From contig CAZJVM010000002.1 of the NCBI GenBank assembly GCA_964549305.1, forward strand, positions 1 through 27,829: a stretch of DNA of 27,829 nucleotides. The letters are read 5' to 3'. Source of the DNA: an uncultured bacterium. Its GTDB lineage: Bacteria; Schekmanbacteria; GWA2-38-11; J061. Both the position numbers and the translations under genes were made by a program. This document shows, piece after piece, positions 1-9,959 of the stretch; the stretch's first letter is position 1; every line of letters starts with the position of its first letter. Under the pieces are notes generated by a model. It worked only from the letters and a program-made list of their open reading frames with translations. It searched no databases and had not been told where the DNA came from.

Positions 1-6
1 TCCATT

Positions 7-35
7 TTGACATCCAACTATAAATAAAATATATT
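7..35 (+). promoter_or_regulatory. sigma70-type promoter for miaB
   Basis: TTGACA (7-12), 17-nt spacer, TATATT (30-35), about 40 nt before the miaB start. Confidence 0.7.
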
Positions 36-76
36 CATCATCCTTTTTATGAGTGAACCTGTGAGGTCTTGAGGTG

Positions 77-1393
77 ATGGAGAAAACTAAATATTCTTAT
101 TACATACAGACATTCGGATGTCAGATGAATGAGCACGATTCGGACAGAATTGCGGGGATTCTTGAAAAGACCGGATGTTATGAAGCGGAATCTCCTCTTG
201 AAGCTGACGTAATCCTTTTAAATACCTGTTGTGTCCGTGCAAAGGCAGAACATAAGGTTTATTCAGAGATAGGCAAACTTTCCCTGATGAAGGAGAAGCG
301 GGATTTCATTTTAGGCGTATGCGGATGTATGGCGCAAAAAGAAAGAGGAACAATAACAAAGCGTTTTCCTGCTGTTGACATTGTACTTGGAACAAGCGCC
401 ATTGCCCACATCGGCAGAGCGGTCAGAAGGGCAGGGAAGGGAAAGAAAATAATAGATGCACCTTCAGAATTCAAACTGTTCGACAATTCTCTGACTGTTC
501 TGAAAAATGACAGCGTAAAGGCGTTTATAACCATAATGGAAGGTTGCGACAATTATTGCAGTTACTGCATAGTGCCCTTTGTCAGGGGCAGTGAAAGAAG
601 CAGGCCTGCAGAAGATATTATCAGCGAAATGAAGAAGCTTGCTGAAGGCGGAATTAAGGAAATTATGCTTTTGGGTCAAAATGTGAATTCTTACCGCTCG
701 CCTTCAAAAATGGATTGCGATTTTTCAGATCTTCTTTCAATGGCTGATGAGATAAATGGAATTGAAAGAATACGATTTGTCACATCCCATCCCAAGGATT
801 TCGGGGAAAAGCTTGTTAAGAAAATAAAACAGCTTGATAAGGTATGCAGAAATGTTCACCTTCCGCTTCAGTCGGGGTCAGATAAGATTCTTGAACTTAT
901 GAACAGAAAGTACACCTGCGGTGATTATATGGAGAAGATTGAATATCTGAGAAGCGAGATTCCCGATGTGGGGATATCGTCAGACATAATAGTCGGATTT
1001 CCCGGTGAAGATGAAAAAGATTTTGAGTGTACGATGAAAGCAGTTGAAAAAATAAGGTATGACACGCTTTTTTCATTTAACTACTCACACAGACCTCCGG
1101 CGAAAAGTTCCACTCTTACCGATGATACGCCTGATGATGAAAAACGAAGAAGATTGACTTGCCTTCAGGCGCTTCAGAAGAAGATTTCCGCTGAGAAAAA
1201 CCTTGCTGAGGAAGGGCAGGTAAGAGATGTGCTTGTTGAAGGAATAAGCAAGAGGAGTGCATCGGATCTTACGGGAAGAACTGAGCAGAACAGGGTGGTA
1301 AATTTTCGGGGTGACGATTCTCTTAAGGGACGTATCGTAAAAGTAAAAATTACAAAGGCTTTCAGTAATAGTTTAAGGGGAGAAATAGTATAG
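77..1393 (+). CDS. miaB: tRNA-2-methylthio-N6-dimethylallyladenosine synthase (radical SAM methylthiotransferase)
   Basis: N-terminal TFGCQMNEHDS, LLNTCCVR and GVCGCMAQ motifs; radical SAM CxxxCxxC (GCDNYCSYC); RFVTSHP; C-terminal TRAM domain. Start is GTG74 or ATG77. Confidence 0.95.
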   Translation: MEKTKYSYYIQTFGCQMNEHDSDRIAGILEKTGCYEAESPLEADVILLNTCCVRAKAEHKVYSEIGKLSLMKEKRDFILGVCGCMAQKERGTITKRFPAVDIVLGTSAIAHIGRAVRRAGKGKKIIDAPSEFKLFDNSLTVLKNDSVKAFITIMEGCDNYCSYCIVPFVRGSERSRPAEDIISEMKKLAEGGIKEIMLLGQNVNSYRSPSKMDCDFSDLLSMADEINGIERIRFVTSHPKDFGEKLVKKIKQLDKVCRNVHLPLQSGSDKILELMNRKYTCGDYMEKIEYLRSEIPDVGISSDIIVGFPGEDEKDFECTMKAVEKIRYDTLFSFNYSHRPPAKSSTLTDDTPDDEKRRRLTCLQALQKKISAEKNLAEEGQVRDVLVEGISKRSASDLTGRTEQNRVVNFRGDDSLKGRIVKVKITKAFSNSLRGEIV

Positions 1394-1405
1394 TTTTCCT
1401 TTGTT

Positions 1406-2167
1406 TCATCCCGCAGACACAACCTGATTTTCGAGAGTTCCTATTCCTTCGATTTCAATGCTGACTTTATCGCCTGTTTTAAGACTTCCGACTCCCGGAG
1501 GAGTTCCCGTAATTATAACGTCTTCAGGCAAAAGGGTCATAATGCGGGATATAAAGGAAACAAGAAAATAGGGTTTGAATATCATTAACCGGGTTGAAGA
1601 ATCCTGAACTTTTTTTCCGTTGAGAAATGTCTTTATTGAAAGATTTTCAGGCTCAAGTTCTGTTTCGATGACAGGTCCTATGGGTGCGAATGTATCAAAT
1701 CCTTTTCCTCTGGTAAACTGGCCGTCTTTCCTCTGCAGGTCGCGCGCAGTCACATCATTTGCACAGGTAAATCCCGCGACATATTTTTTAGCTTCCTGCT
1801 CAGAAACATTCCTGCACTTTTCTCCGATTACTATTGCAAGTTCCCCTTCATAATCGACTTTCTTCGACTGGTGCGGGTAGATTATCGTATCACCGTGTCC
1901 GATTACCGATGTTGATGGTTTCATAAAAAGCATTGGCTCATCTGGAAGTTTTGAACCGAATTCTTTTGCGTGGTCTTTGTAGTTCAACCCTATTGCCACT
2001 ATTTTAGACGGTCTGCAGGGAGGAAGATATTCTATTTGCGAAATGGGGATATATTCTCCGGTAGGTGAGAAATCATTGTAAAAGGAACCCTCGCTTATCC
2101 CGACTTTGTCGCCTTTGACAATACCGGTAAACTTTCTTCCATTTGCGGTTGCTCTGACTATTTTCAT
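1406..2167 (-). CDS. fumarylacetoacetate hydrolase family protein
   Basis: SKIVAIGLNYKDHA, FMKPSTS, DYEGELAIVIG, NDVTARDLQ, GKGFDTFAPIGP and TGTPPGVG motifs. Confidence 0.93.
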   Translation of the reverse strand: MKIVRATANGRKFTGIVKGDKVGISEGSFYNDFSPTGEYIPISQIEYLPPCRPSKIVAIGLNYKDHAKEFGSKLPDEPMLFMKPSTSVIGHGDTIIYPHQSKKVDYEGELAIVIGEKCRNVSEQEAKKYVAGFTCANDVTARDLQRKDGQFTRGKGFDTFAPIGPVIETELEPENLSIKTFLNGKKVQDSSTRLMIFKPYFLVSFISRIMTLLPEDVIITGTPPGVGSLKTGDKVSIEIEGIGTLENQVVSAG

Positions 2168-2235
2168 TAACTGCCTCTCGGTAATGTTTTAAGGAATTAG
2201 TTGAATCAAAAAGAAAGTATATCAGGAATGCTTTG

Positions 2236-4488
2236 TTAAAAAAGTTCACCATTGTCAGGCGGTTTTTTGTTTTTTCTATTCTCCAGAAAAATGTCTATTT
2301 CCGTTTCATCAATAAGAACTTCTCTCGGCTTTACTCCGTCCGCCGCTCCTATTATGCCGTCGGTTTCCATTTTTTCAATTATTCGGGCCGCTCTGTTATA
2401 TCCGACTCGGAATTTCCTCTGAACCATTGAAATGGAAACATTCTTGCTTTTCGGGAGCCATCTTATGACTTCTTCGTATATTTCGTCTTCCTCTTCCTGC
2501 GCGTCTTCGTTAACATCAGAAGAAACTGGGATTAAAACTGTCATATCGGGTTCAGATACTGCCTGAGCCTTTATATGGTTGACAACCGCCTGTACTTCGC
2601 TATTGGATACAAAAGCGCCGTGAACTCTCGAGATACGGTTATATCCCGGAGACATAAGAAGCATATCGCCTTTGCCCAAAAGCTGTTCGGCGCCGTTCTG
2701 ATCAAGTATTGTCCTTGAATCGATTTTAACAGAGACCTGAAGAGCGATTCTCCAGGAGAAATTGGCTTTAATCACTCCCGTAATTACATCTACAGATGGC
2801 CTTTGCGTAGCCATTATAAGATGAATTCCGGCAGCCCTGGCTTTCTGGGAAAGCCTTTGAATAGCGTCTTCCACTGTTCGTGATGCGGCAATCATAAGGT
2901 CTGCGAGTTCATCTATAAAAATTACGATATAGGGAAGCGGGCTTTCTTCATCATCTTCTGCTTCTGTTTCAATGATACGGTTGAAACCGGTAATATTCCT
3001 CACTCCTTTTCTCTGCATCAGCCTGTACCTTCTTTCCATTTCCCTTACTGCCCATTGAAGGGCGTAGGATGCTTCCTTGGGATTGGTTACGACGGGAGTG
3101 AGAAGATGAGGTATTTCCTGATATGTGGAAAGCTCTATCATCTTGGGGTCAACCATAATCATTTTTACCTCCTGGGGTGATGCTCTGTAGAGAAGGCTTA
3201 AAATCATCATATTGACGGATACGCTTTTCCCCGAACCTGTCGCTCCGGCAATTAAAAGATGCGGCATTTTTGAAAGGTCTTCCACAACAACATTTCCAAG
3301 AATATCTTTGCCGAGAGCTATAGCGAGTTTCGACGGATGAGAAGTAAATCTATCTGACTGAAGGATTTCTTTGAGAAATACGTTTTCTCGCTTGTTATTC
3401 GGGATTTCTATTCCAACTGTGCCCTTGCCGGGAATAGGTGCGACGATTCGCACGTTTATGGTTTTCATTGCCATTGCAAGGTCATTGGTCAGACTGACGA
3501 TTTTGTTGATTTTTATTCCGGGAGCAGGTTCGAATTCATACATGGTTATTACGGGTCCTGTCCTCACTTCGCATACTTTTCCCTCGATTCCGAAATCAAG
3601 AAGCTTTTTTTCCAAAATTTTGGAATTAAGAATGATGTCCTGCTTGGTTATTTTCGTTTCCACTTTCGGAGCTTCTTTAAGGATGTTGAGAGGGGGCAGA
3701 GTGTAGTTTTTCATAAAGGTAAAACTTGGCTGCCTGGGCTCTTCATTTTCAGATGCTGCGTCCTGATGTTCTTCAATCTGTTCAATAATCGGCTGGGGTT
3801 TGTCCTGTTCCTGCTTGATTTTTGGCTTTATGACTGCGGAATGTTTCTTTTTTTTCTGCCAGGTTTTATAAAAATTATAGGTCAACACGCTTTTGTCAGA
3901 TATCCACCTGAAAAAAGTGGAGGTTATTTTAAATGCTTTCCTGAATATTTCTATAATTGAAAAATCGGTAACCATGAAGATAGATAATATAAATGTTAAA
4001 ATAAGAAGAATATAAGTGCCTGCAGGACCTGCCATTCTTTCGGAAGGGTCAGTGAGATAAAGGCCTATTATTCCTCCAGGAGTGATGCCTTTTGCAAATT
4101 CTGTAAGGTTGCTGTTTCTGAAAGGAAACTGTAAAAGGGTGCAGAGACTGATGAAAAAGACAACAAACCCCAGTGTTTTCAAAAAAGTATGTTCAATTTT
4201 TTGATTTCGAAGCAATGACAAACTGAACAGAAAAATAAAAAGCGGCATTAACAGAGACGCATAACCGAAAAGTTCAAACATTAGCGAAGAGCATTCGGCG
4301 CCTATTAAACCTGCAAGGTTATTATATTTGCCATGTCCTACGCTTTCAGAAGTTGCGGAAAACCACGTAGTGTCAGAGGGACTGTGAGAAATAAGGCTGA
4401 TTGACAGAAGCAGTGCGAATCCGAGAAGAAACAACGCGGTAATGTCGCGCTTTGTGTTTCTGCCGCTATCCGATTGTGATTTTCCCAC
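2236..4488 (-). CDS. ftsK: DNA translocase FtsK
   Basis: N-terminal membrane domain; MPHLLIAGATGSGKS Walker A; IDELADLM; ARAAGIHLIMATQRPSVDVITG; gamma domain (SISMVQRKFRVGYNRAARIIE). The ORF track starts at TTG4539, which lies inside a predicted promoter. In-frame GTG4488 after GGGGAAG is the more likely start. Confidence 0.95.
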   Translation of the reverse strand: MGKSQSDSGRNTKRDITALFLLGFALLLSISLISHSPSDTTWFSATSESVGHGKYNNLAGLIGAECSSLMFELFGYASLLMPLFIFLFSLSLLRNQKIEHTFLKTLGFVVFFISLCTLLQFPFRNSNLTEFAKGITPGGIIGLYLTDPSERMAGPAGTYILLILTFILSIFMVTDFSIIEIFRKAFKITSTFFRWISDKSVLTYNFYKTWQKKKKHSAVIKPKIKQEQDKPQPIIEQIEEHQDAASENEEPRQPSFTFMKNYTLPPLNILKEAPKVETKITKQDIILNSKILEKKLLDFGIEGKVCEVRTGPVITMYEFEPAPGIKINKIVSLTNDLAMAMKTINVRIVAPIPGKGTVGIEIPNNKRENVFLKEILQSDRFTSHPSKLAIALGKDILGNVVVEDLSKMPHLLIAGATGSGKSVSVNMMILSLLYRASPQEVKMIMVDPKMIELSTYQEIPHLLTPVVTNPKEASYALQWAVREMERRYRLMQRKGVRNITGFNRIIETEAEDDEESPLPYIVIFIDELADLMIAASRTVEDAIQRLSQKARAAGIHLIMATQRPSVDVITGVIKANFSWRIALQVSVKIDSRTILDQNGAEQLLGKGDMLLMSPGYNRISRVHGAFVSNSEVQAVVNHIKAQAVSEPDMTVLIPVSSDVNEDAQEEEDEIYEEVIRWLPKSKNVSISMVQRKFRVGYNRAARIIEKMETDGIIGAADGVKPREVLIDETEIDIFLENRKNKKPPDNGELF

Positions 4489-4527
4489 TTGCTTCCCCGG
4501 TAAAAATGAATCACTGACCAGAACATA

Positions 4528-4556
4528 ATTATATAGCAAATTTGTGTTTCATACAA
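4528..4556 (-). promoter_or_regulatory. sigma70-type promoter for ftsK
   Basis: Minus strand reads TTGTAT (4556-4551), 17 nt, TATAAT (4533-4528). Confidence 0.65.
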
Positions 4557-4599
4557 GGACAATAAGGGATTTGCGGTATTAAAGAGCTAAAGTAATTTG

Positions 4600-4628
4600 T
4601 TGATTTTTTTTTATATTTTTTCTATGAT
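4600..4628 (+). promoter_or_regulatory. sigma70-type promoter for the ftsH operon
   Basis: TTGATT (4600-4605), 17 nt, TATGAT (4623-4628). Confidence 0.6.
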
Positions 4629-4678
4629 GAAAAATCGGTGAGAAAAGTTTTTTATAACCTACTTAAAGGTGTCTGATT

Positions 4679-6508
4679 ATGGCCTCAGGCGAAAAAATGA
4701 ATCAGTTTTACAAGAATATAATGCTATGGGTTATATTGATAGTATTCACCATAATCCTTTTTAATGCATTTAACACGTCAAAAGAAGCAGGGAATGAATA
4801 TGATTATTCGAGATTTCTTCAGCTCGTCAATGACGGAAAGGTTGCAAAAGTTTCTATACAGGGTAACGATATTGAAGGTGTTTTGACCGACAACACGAAA
4901 TTTAAAACTTATGCGCCGGCAGACCCGAAGCTTATAGAGAACCTTACTCTTAAAAATGTTCAAATCAAGGCTTTGGCGCCTCCCACTTCTCCATGGTATG
5001 TGGTATTCATTTCTTCGTGGTTTCCTCTTCTCATTCTTCTTGGAATATGGATATTTTTTATGCGTCAGATGCAGGTTGGAGGCAACAAGGCACTTTCTTT
5101 CGGAAAGAGCAAGGCGAGGCTTCTCAATGAGAGTCAGAATAAGGTTACTTTTGATGACGTTGCCGGTATTGACGAAGCTAAACTCGAAGTAGAGGAGATA
5201 ATAGAGTTTCTTAAAGACCCCCATAGATTTCAAAAACTCGGAGGGAAAATACCCAAGGGTGTTCTTCTCATAGGTCCTCCCGGTACGGGGAAAACGCTTC
5301 TTGCCCGTGCAATAGCGGGAGAAGCGGATGTTCCTTTCTTTTCAATTTCCGGCTCTGATTTTGTGGAAATGTTTGTAGGCGTAGGCGCTTCGAGAGTCAG
5401 AGACCTTTTTGAACAGGGCAAGAAAAATGCTCCCTGTATCATATTCATAGACGAGATAGATGCAGTGGGAAGGCACAGAGGCGCTGGACTGGGGGGAGGG
5501 CATGATGAGAGGGAACAGACCCTGAATCAATTGCTTGTGGAAATGGATGGTTTCGAATCCAATGAAGGAGTCATCCTTGTTGCCGCAACCAACCGCCCCG
5601 ATGTGCTTGATCCGGCACTTCTGAGGCCCGGAAGATTTGACCGGCAGGTAGTTGTACCACGTCCCGATGTCAAGGGGCGGGAAGGCATTTTGAAGGTTCA
5701 TACAAAAAAAATACCTTTGGAAGAAAATGTGGCACTTGATATTATAGCAAGAGGAACACCGGGATTTTCCGGTGCCGATCTTGCAAATCTTGTAAACGAA
5801 TCCGCCTTGTATGCCGCGAGAATAAACAGGGAAAAAGTGCAGATGTCTGATTTTGAATATGCTAAAGATAAGGTGCTGATGGGCGTCGAGAGAAAAAGTA
5901 TGATAATTAGCGAAGAGGAAAAAAAGATTACCGCCTATCATGAAGCGGGACACACTCTTGTCGCTAAACTTCTTCCGGGAACAGATCCAATTCACAAAGT
6001 GAGTATAATTCCCCGGGGAATGGCGCTTGGAATTACTCAGCAGCTGCCAATTGACGAAAAACATACATATCCCCTTGAATATCTCAGAAATAATATATGC
6101 GTACTTCTCGGCGGCAGGCTCGCAGAGGATATAATTCTTTCCCAGCCCACGACTGGTGCGGGAAACGATATAGAAAGAGCAACAGAGATGGCTCGCAAGA
6201 TGGTTTGTGAATGGGGAATGAGCAAAGAACTCGGACCTCTTACCTTTGGGAAGAAAGAGGAAGAGATATTCCTTGGCAGGGAAATTTCCAAACACAGGGA
6301 CTATAGCGAGGCAACTGCTGTTGCCATTGACAGAGAAGTTAAAAATATAGTTATGGAATGCTACAACAGAGCCAAGTCTCTCCTTTTATCAAAAATTGAT
6401 ATTCTTAACGCAATTGCAAAGTCCCTTCTTGAAAAGGAAGTCCTCGATAGCAAAGAGATTGATAAAATTGTAAACGGCGATGATGAAGGAGTTATAACTG
6501 CTGCTTGA
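4679..6508 (+). CDS. ftsH: ATP-dependent zinc metalloprotease FtsH
   Basis: Two TM segments; GPPGTGKT Walker [14 protein letters not shown] ([10 protein letters not shown]); HEAGH zinc motif. Start is ATG4679 or ATG4697. Confidence 0.97.
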   Translation: MASGEKMNQFYKNIMLWVILIVFTIILFNAFNTSKEAGNEYDYSRFLQLVNDGKVAKVSIQGNDIEGVLTDNTKFKTYAPADPKLIENLTLKNVQIKALAPPTSPWYVVFISSWFPLLILLGIWIFFMRQMQVGGNKALSFGKSKARLLNESQNKVTFDDVAGIDEAKLEVEEIIEFLKDPHRFQKLGGKIPKGVLLIGPPGTGKTLLARAIAGEADVPFFSISGSDFVEMFVGVGASRVRDLFEQGKKNAPCIIFIDEIDAVGRHRGAGLGGGHDEREQTLNQLLVEMDGFESNEGVILVAATNRPDVLDPALLRPGRFDRQVVVPRPDVKGREGILKVHTKKIPLEENVALDIIARGTPGFSGADLANLVNESALYAARINREKVQMSDFEYAKDKVLMGVERKSMIISEEEKKITAYHEAGHTLVAKLLPGTDPIHKVSIIPRGMALGITQQLPIDEKHTYPLEYLRNNICVLLGGRLAEDIILSQPTTGAGNDIERATEMARKMVCEWGMSKELGPLTFGKKEEEIFLGREISKHRDYSEATAVAIDREVKNIVMECYNRAKSLLLSKIDILNAIAKSLLEKEVLDSKEIDKIVNGDDEGVITAA

Positions 6509-6621
6509 ATATAATTCCATTATTGAAGTAAGAAAAAGCTTAATCCGGTTATTTTTCCTTTGTTTGCTTCTTTCGGTATTTCCGGTTTGTATCACTACCA
6601 ACTCCATAGGAAGTATTAATT

Positions 6622-7464
6622 ATGGAACCTTTTATTGATTTTAAAAGTGGCGCGCGCCTAAATCTGAAAAATAATATTTCAGTTATGGGGGTCATTAACT
6701 GCACACCTGATTCTTTTTATGACGGCGGCAAATACAGGAATACGGAAGATGCCGTTGAATCAGCGCTCAGAATGGAGGAAGAGGGAGCGGAAATCATCGA
6801 TATAGGAGGAGAATCTACGAGACCCGGAAGCAAGCGAATCTCTGTCGAAGAAGAATTATCAAGAGTATTGCCGGTCATTGGAAGTTTGAGAAAAAAAAGC
6901 AAAATTATTATTTCCGTAGATACTTATAAATCGGAAGTTGCACGTGCCGCCATAGAGAACGGTGCCGATATGGTCAATGATATAGGCGGATTCGACCTTG
7001 ATCCAAAAATGGGTGAAACCATAGCAAAACTTCAATGTCCGGTAATAATCGGTCATATTTCGGGGGTTCCCGAAACAATGCAGAACAAGGTAAAATACGA
7101 CGATACTGTCAAGGAAGTAAGAAAAAAACTTGAAGAGAAAATATGTATGGCTGTAAAATTTAATATAAAAGAAAATTCTATAATTATTGATCCTGGAATA
7201 GGTTTTGGAAAGAGTACTGAGGATAATTTAAAACTCATAAAAAACATCGGAGATATATGTGATTTGGGAAAACCGGTTGCCATAGGGGTTTCAAGAAAAA
7301 GCTTCATAGGCAATATTCTTCAACTTGCTCCGGGCGAGAGAATGGAGGGCAGTCTTGCCGCATCGAGTATCGCTGCTTTTTTAGGAGTGAGTATAATAAG
7401 GACGCACGATGTGAAGGAAACAGTAAGAACAGTTAAAGTCGTAAAAAAAATATTATATGCTTAG
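6622..7464 (+). CDS. folP: dihydropteroate synthase
   Basis: MGVINCTPDSFYDGG, IDIGGESTRPG, DPGIGFGK, GVSRKSFIG and IIRTHDV motifs; classic position after ftsH. Confidence 0.95.
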   Translation: MEPFIDFKSGARLNLKNNISVMGVINCTPDSFYDGGKYRNTEDAVESALRMEEEGAEIIDIGGESTRPGSKRISVEEELSRVLPVIGSLRKKSKIIISVDTYKSEVARAAIENGADMVNDIGGFDLDPKMGETIAKLQCPVIIGHISGVPETMQNKVKYDDTVKEVRKKLEEKICMAVKFNIKENSIIIDPGIGFGKSTEDNLKLIKNIGDICDLGKPVAIGVSRKSFIGNILQLAPGERMEGSLAASSIAAFLGVSIIRTHDVKETVRTVKVVKKILYA

Positions 7465-7472
7465 GTGATAAA

Positions 7473-8258
7473 TTGGACCTTCCTTTTGGAATAACATATA
7501 TTGAACTTTTCAAAAATACCCTCGATATACTCATAGTTGCGTTCATAATCTATCGTTTGATGCTTTTCATAAAAGGCACGAGAGCGATTCAAATGGTAAT
7601 CGGATTAATTCTTTTCGGGTTTGTTTATCTCCTTTCGGAATATTTTGAATTGACGACTACGCACTGGATAATGGAACATTTCTGGTCAGTCCTTCTCATT
7701 GCCATAATAATTCTTTTTCAGCCTGAAATCAGAACAATGCTTGCGGAAGTAGGGCAGAGGCCTATCATTTCGTCCTTTTTCAAATACGAGGGACAGCAGG
7801 TAATGGGCGAAATTATAAAAGCCGTAATGATTTTGTCAGAAAAGCGAACGGGTGCTCTTATAGTCCTTGAACGTGAAACAAAACTACGTCCTTATGTTCA
7901 GGTTGGGGCTATTCTTATGAGCAGGGTTACGGAACGGCTGATTGTAACTCTTTTTCAGACGCAGACTCCACTTCATGACGGAGCTATAATAATAGGAGGT
8001 AACAGAATTTTTGCTGCGGGATGTTATTTGCCGATTACTCTTAGAAATGACATATCCAAATATCTTGGAACAAGGCATCGGGCGGCAGTGGGAATAAGCG
8101 AGGAAACAGATGCAGTAGTAATTGTGGTTTCCGAAGAAACCGGAACCATATCAATTGCGGAAAAAGGTCATCTACACAGCAATCTTTCTGAAGATTCATT
8201 ACGGGAGCGACTTCAGTTGCTTTTTAAAATGACAGGCGATAAAGGCGAAAAGAAATGA
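7473..8258 (+). CDS. cdaA: membrane diadenylate cyclase CdaA (DacA)
   Basis: Three N-terminal TM helices; FQPEIR; catalytic TPLHDGA and GTRHRAAVGISE motifs. Confidence 0.93.
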   Translation: MDLPFGITYIELFKNTLDILIVAFIIYRLMLFIKGTRAIQMVIGLILFGFVYLLSEYFELTTTHWIMEHFWSVLLIAIIILFQPEIRTMLAEVGQRPIISSFFKYEGQQVMGEIIKAVMILSEKRTGALIVLERETKLRPYVQVGAILMSRVTERLIVTLFQTQTPLHDGAIIIGGNRIFAAGCYLPITLRNDISKYLGTRHRAAVGISEETDAVVIVVSEETGTISIAEKGHLHSNLSEDSLRERLQLLFKMTGDKGEKK

Positions 8259-9184
8259 AAAAATGGTTATCAAATAATCTTCTGCTGAAAATTTTTTCTC
8301 TCCTTTTTGCCGTTCTTTTCTGGTTCTATTTAACGGTGGAACAGGAAGCGGAACTCGGATTTCCCGTAAAGGTCAACTTTACTGGCCTTACCAATTCTCT
8401 TGTAGTCTCCGATGGGAAAATAGATCATGCGACGGTGTGGCTCAGAGGGGTTAGAAGGAACCTTTTTAACCTGCGGTCGGAAAATATGTCTTTTAATGTT
8501 AATTTAAAAGAAGCGGGAGAAGGTACTCTTGTTTATCCTTTAACCGAGGCTGATCTTGAAAAACTGCCTAATGTCGTTGTCAAAAAAATAGTACCCTCGA
8601 TTTTAAGTTTAAAAATTGAAAAACTTATAAAAAAGCGGCTTTACGTCAAACCCAAGATAAGCGGCGCCATACCCAAGGGCTATAAATTTATCAATGCCAG
8701 TGTCTCCCCAACCATAGTACAGGTGCGGGGAAGAAGAAGTGTAATTCAGTCAATGAAAACTATTTATACATACCCCATCGATATATCAACGCTTACGCAG
8801 ACGTCTAATTTTGAAGTTCCTCTGGATTTAAACGCATCTGAATTAAAAGTAACAAGCGGATCGCGGATGATAAAAATCCGCGTAAATGTAGAAGAGAATA
8901 TTATAAATAAAACTTTCCCAAATATCTCCATCGCCCTCAAAGATGTTAACAACAATTATAAAGTTGATGTTAAACCTATGAGCGCTACATTGGAGGTCAA
9001 AGGGCCGGAGATTTTACTTGATAATTTAAAGCCTGTGGATATAAAGATTCTGGTGAGCGCGAAAAATTTGCCGGCGGGAAGAGCGTATAAAAGGAGAGCA
9101 TCCGTGGAAGTACCGGAAAAAGTTTCTGTTTTGAAAATATCTCCTAATTTATTTAGCGTGAAGAGGATAGAGAGTTCCAAATAA
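8255..9184 (+). CDS. cdaR: CdaR / YbbR-like regulator of CdaA
   Basis: N-terminal anchor (NLLLKIFSLLFAVLFW) followed by repeated beta-rich YbbR-like units (VSPTIVQVRG, VKPMSATLEVKGP); overlaps the cdaA stop (ATGA). Confidence 0.85.
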   Translation: MKKWLSNNLLLKIFSLLFAVLFWFYLTVEQEAELGFPVKVNFTGLTNSLVVSDGKIDHATVWLRGVRRNLFNLRSENMSFNVNLKEAGEGTLVYPLTEADLEKLPNVVVKKIVPSILSLKIEKLIKKRLYVKPKISGAIPKGYKFINASVSPTIVQVRGRRSVIQSMKTIYTYPIDISTLTQTSNFEVPLDLNASELKVTSGSRMIKIRVNVEENIINKTFPNISIALKDVNNNYKVDVKPMSATLEVKGPEILLDNLKPVDIKILVSAKNLPAGRAYKRRASVEVPEKVSVLKISPNLFSVKRIESSK

Positions 9185-9242
9185 CAGCATTTTTTGTTCA
9201 CTTTCTTCCGTTTTCTTTTTTTAATAACAAAAGGGATAATTT

Positions 9243-9959
9243 ATGAAATTGGGAGTTAATGTTGACCATATCGCGACCTTGAGGCAGGCGAGGGCTTCAA
9301 GAGTCCCCGACCCTGTTGAAGCGGCTCTTGCCGCAGAACTTGCCGGTGCAGATGGTATAACGGTTCATCTGAGGAGTGATCGACGCCATATCCGGGAAAG
9401 AGATTTAAAATTGCTGAGAGAGGTTGTGAAGACAAAACTCAATCTGGAAATGGCAGTTACTGAAGATATGACGAATATTGCTTATGAAATAGAGCCCGAT
9501 TCCATAACCCTTGTACCGGAGAAACCGGATGAATTGACGACCGAAGGAGGTCTTGATATTTCTTCAAACAGGGAAAATGTGAAAAACCTGGTTAAAAAGT
9601 TTAGAGACAAAAATGTCAGAGTTGGTGCGTTTATTGATACTGATTTTTCACAAATTGATACAGCAATTGAAACCGGTTTGGCGCATATTGAAATCAATAC
9701 CGGAAGGTATTCCGAGAAATGGCCTGACGCAGGCGCGGAAGATGAACTTGAAAAGATAACCAAAGCAGTAGAATATGCTGTAAACAAGAATATAATTGTG
9801 AATGGCGGTCATGGACTTGATTATAAAAATGTCATTCCAATAAGGGAAATAACGGAAATCGATGAGCTGAACATAGGACACAGTATTGTTGCAAGATCTG
9901 TAATTGTTGGGATGCAGGAAGCGGTTTCTGAGATGATACTGCTTATTAATGCTTTTTAA
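9243..9959 (+). CDS. pdxJ: pyridoxine 5'-phosphate synthase
   Basis: LGVNVDHIATLRQAR, GITVHLRSDRRHI, TTEGGLD, GHGLDY and ELNIGHSI motifs. Confidence 0.96.
   Translation: MKLGVNVDHIATLRQARASRVPDPVEAALAAELAGADGITVHLRSDRRHIRERDLKLLREVVKTKLNLEMAVTEDMTNIAYEIEPDSITLVPEKPDELTTEGGLDISSNRENVKNLVKKFRDKNVRVGAFIDTDFSQIDTAIETGLAHIEINTGRYSEKWPDAGAEDELEKITKAVEYAVNKNIIVNGGHGLDYKNVIPIREITEIDELNIGHSIVARSVIVGMQEAVSEMILLINAF

Noticed and set aside
5342..6295. 317-aa antisense ORF inside ftsH
   Set aside because: It is a shadow of a highly conserved gene and shows no recognisable motifs.
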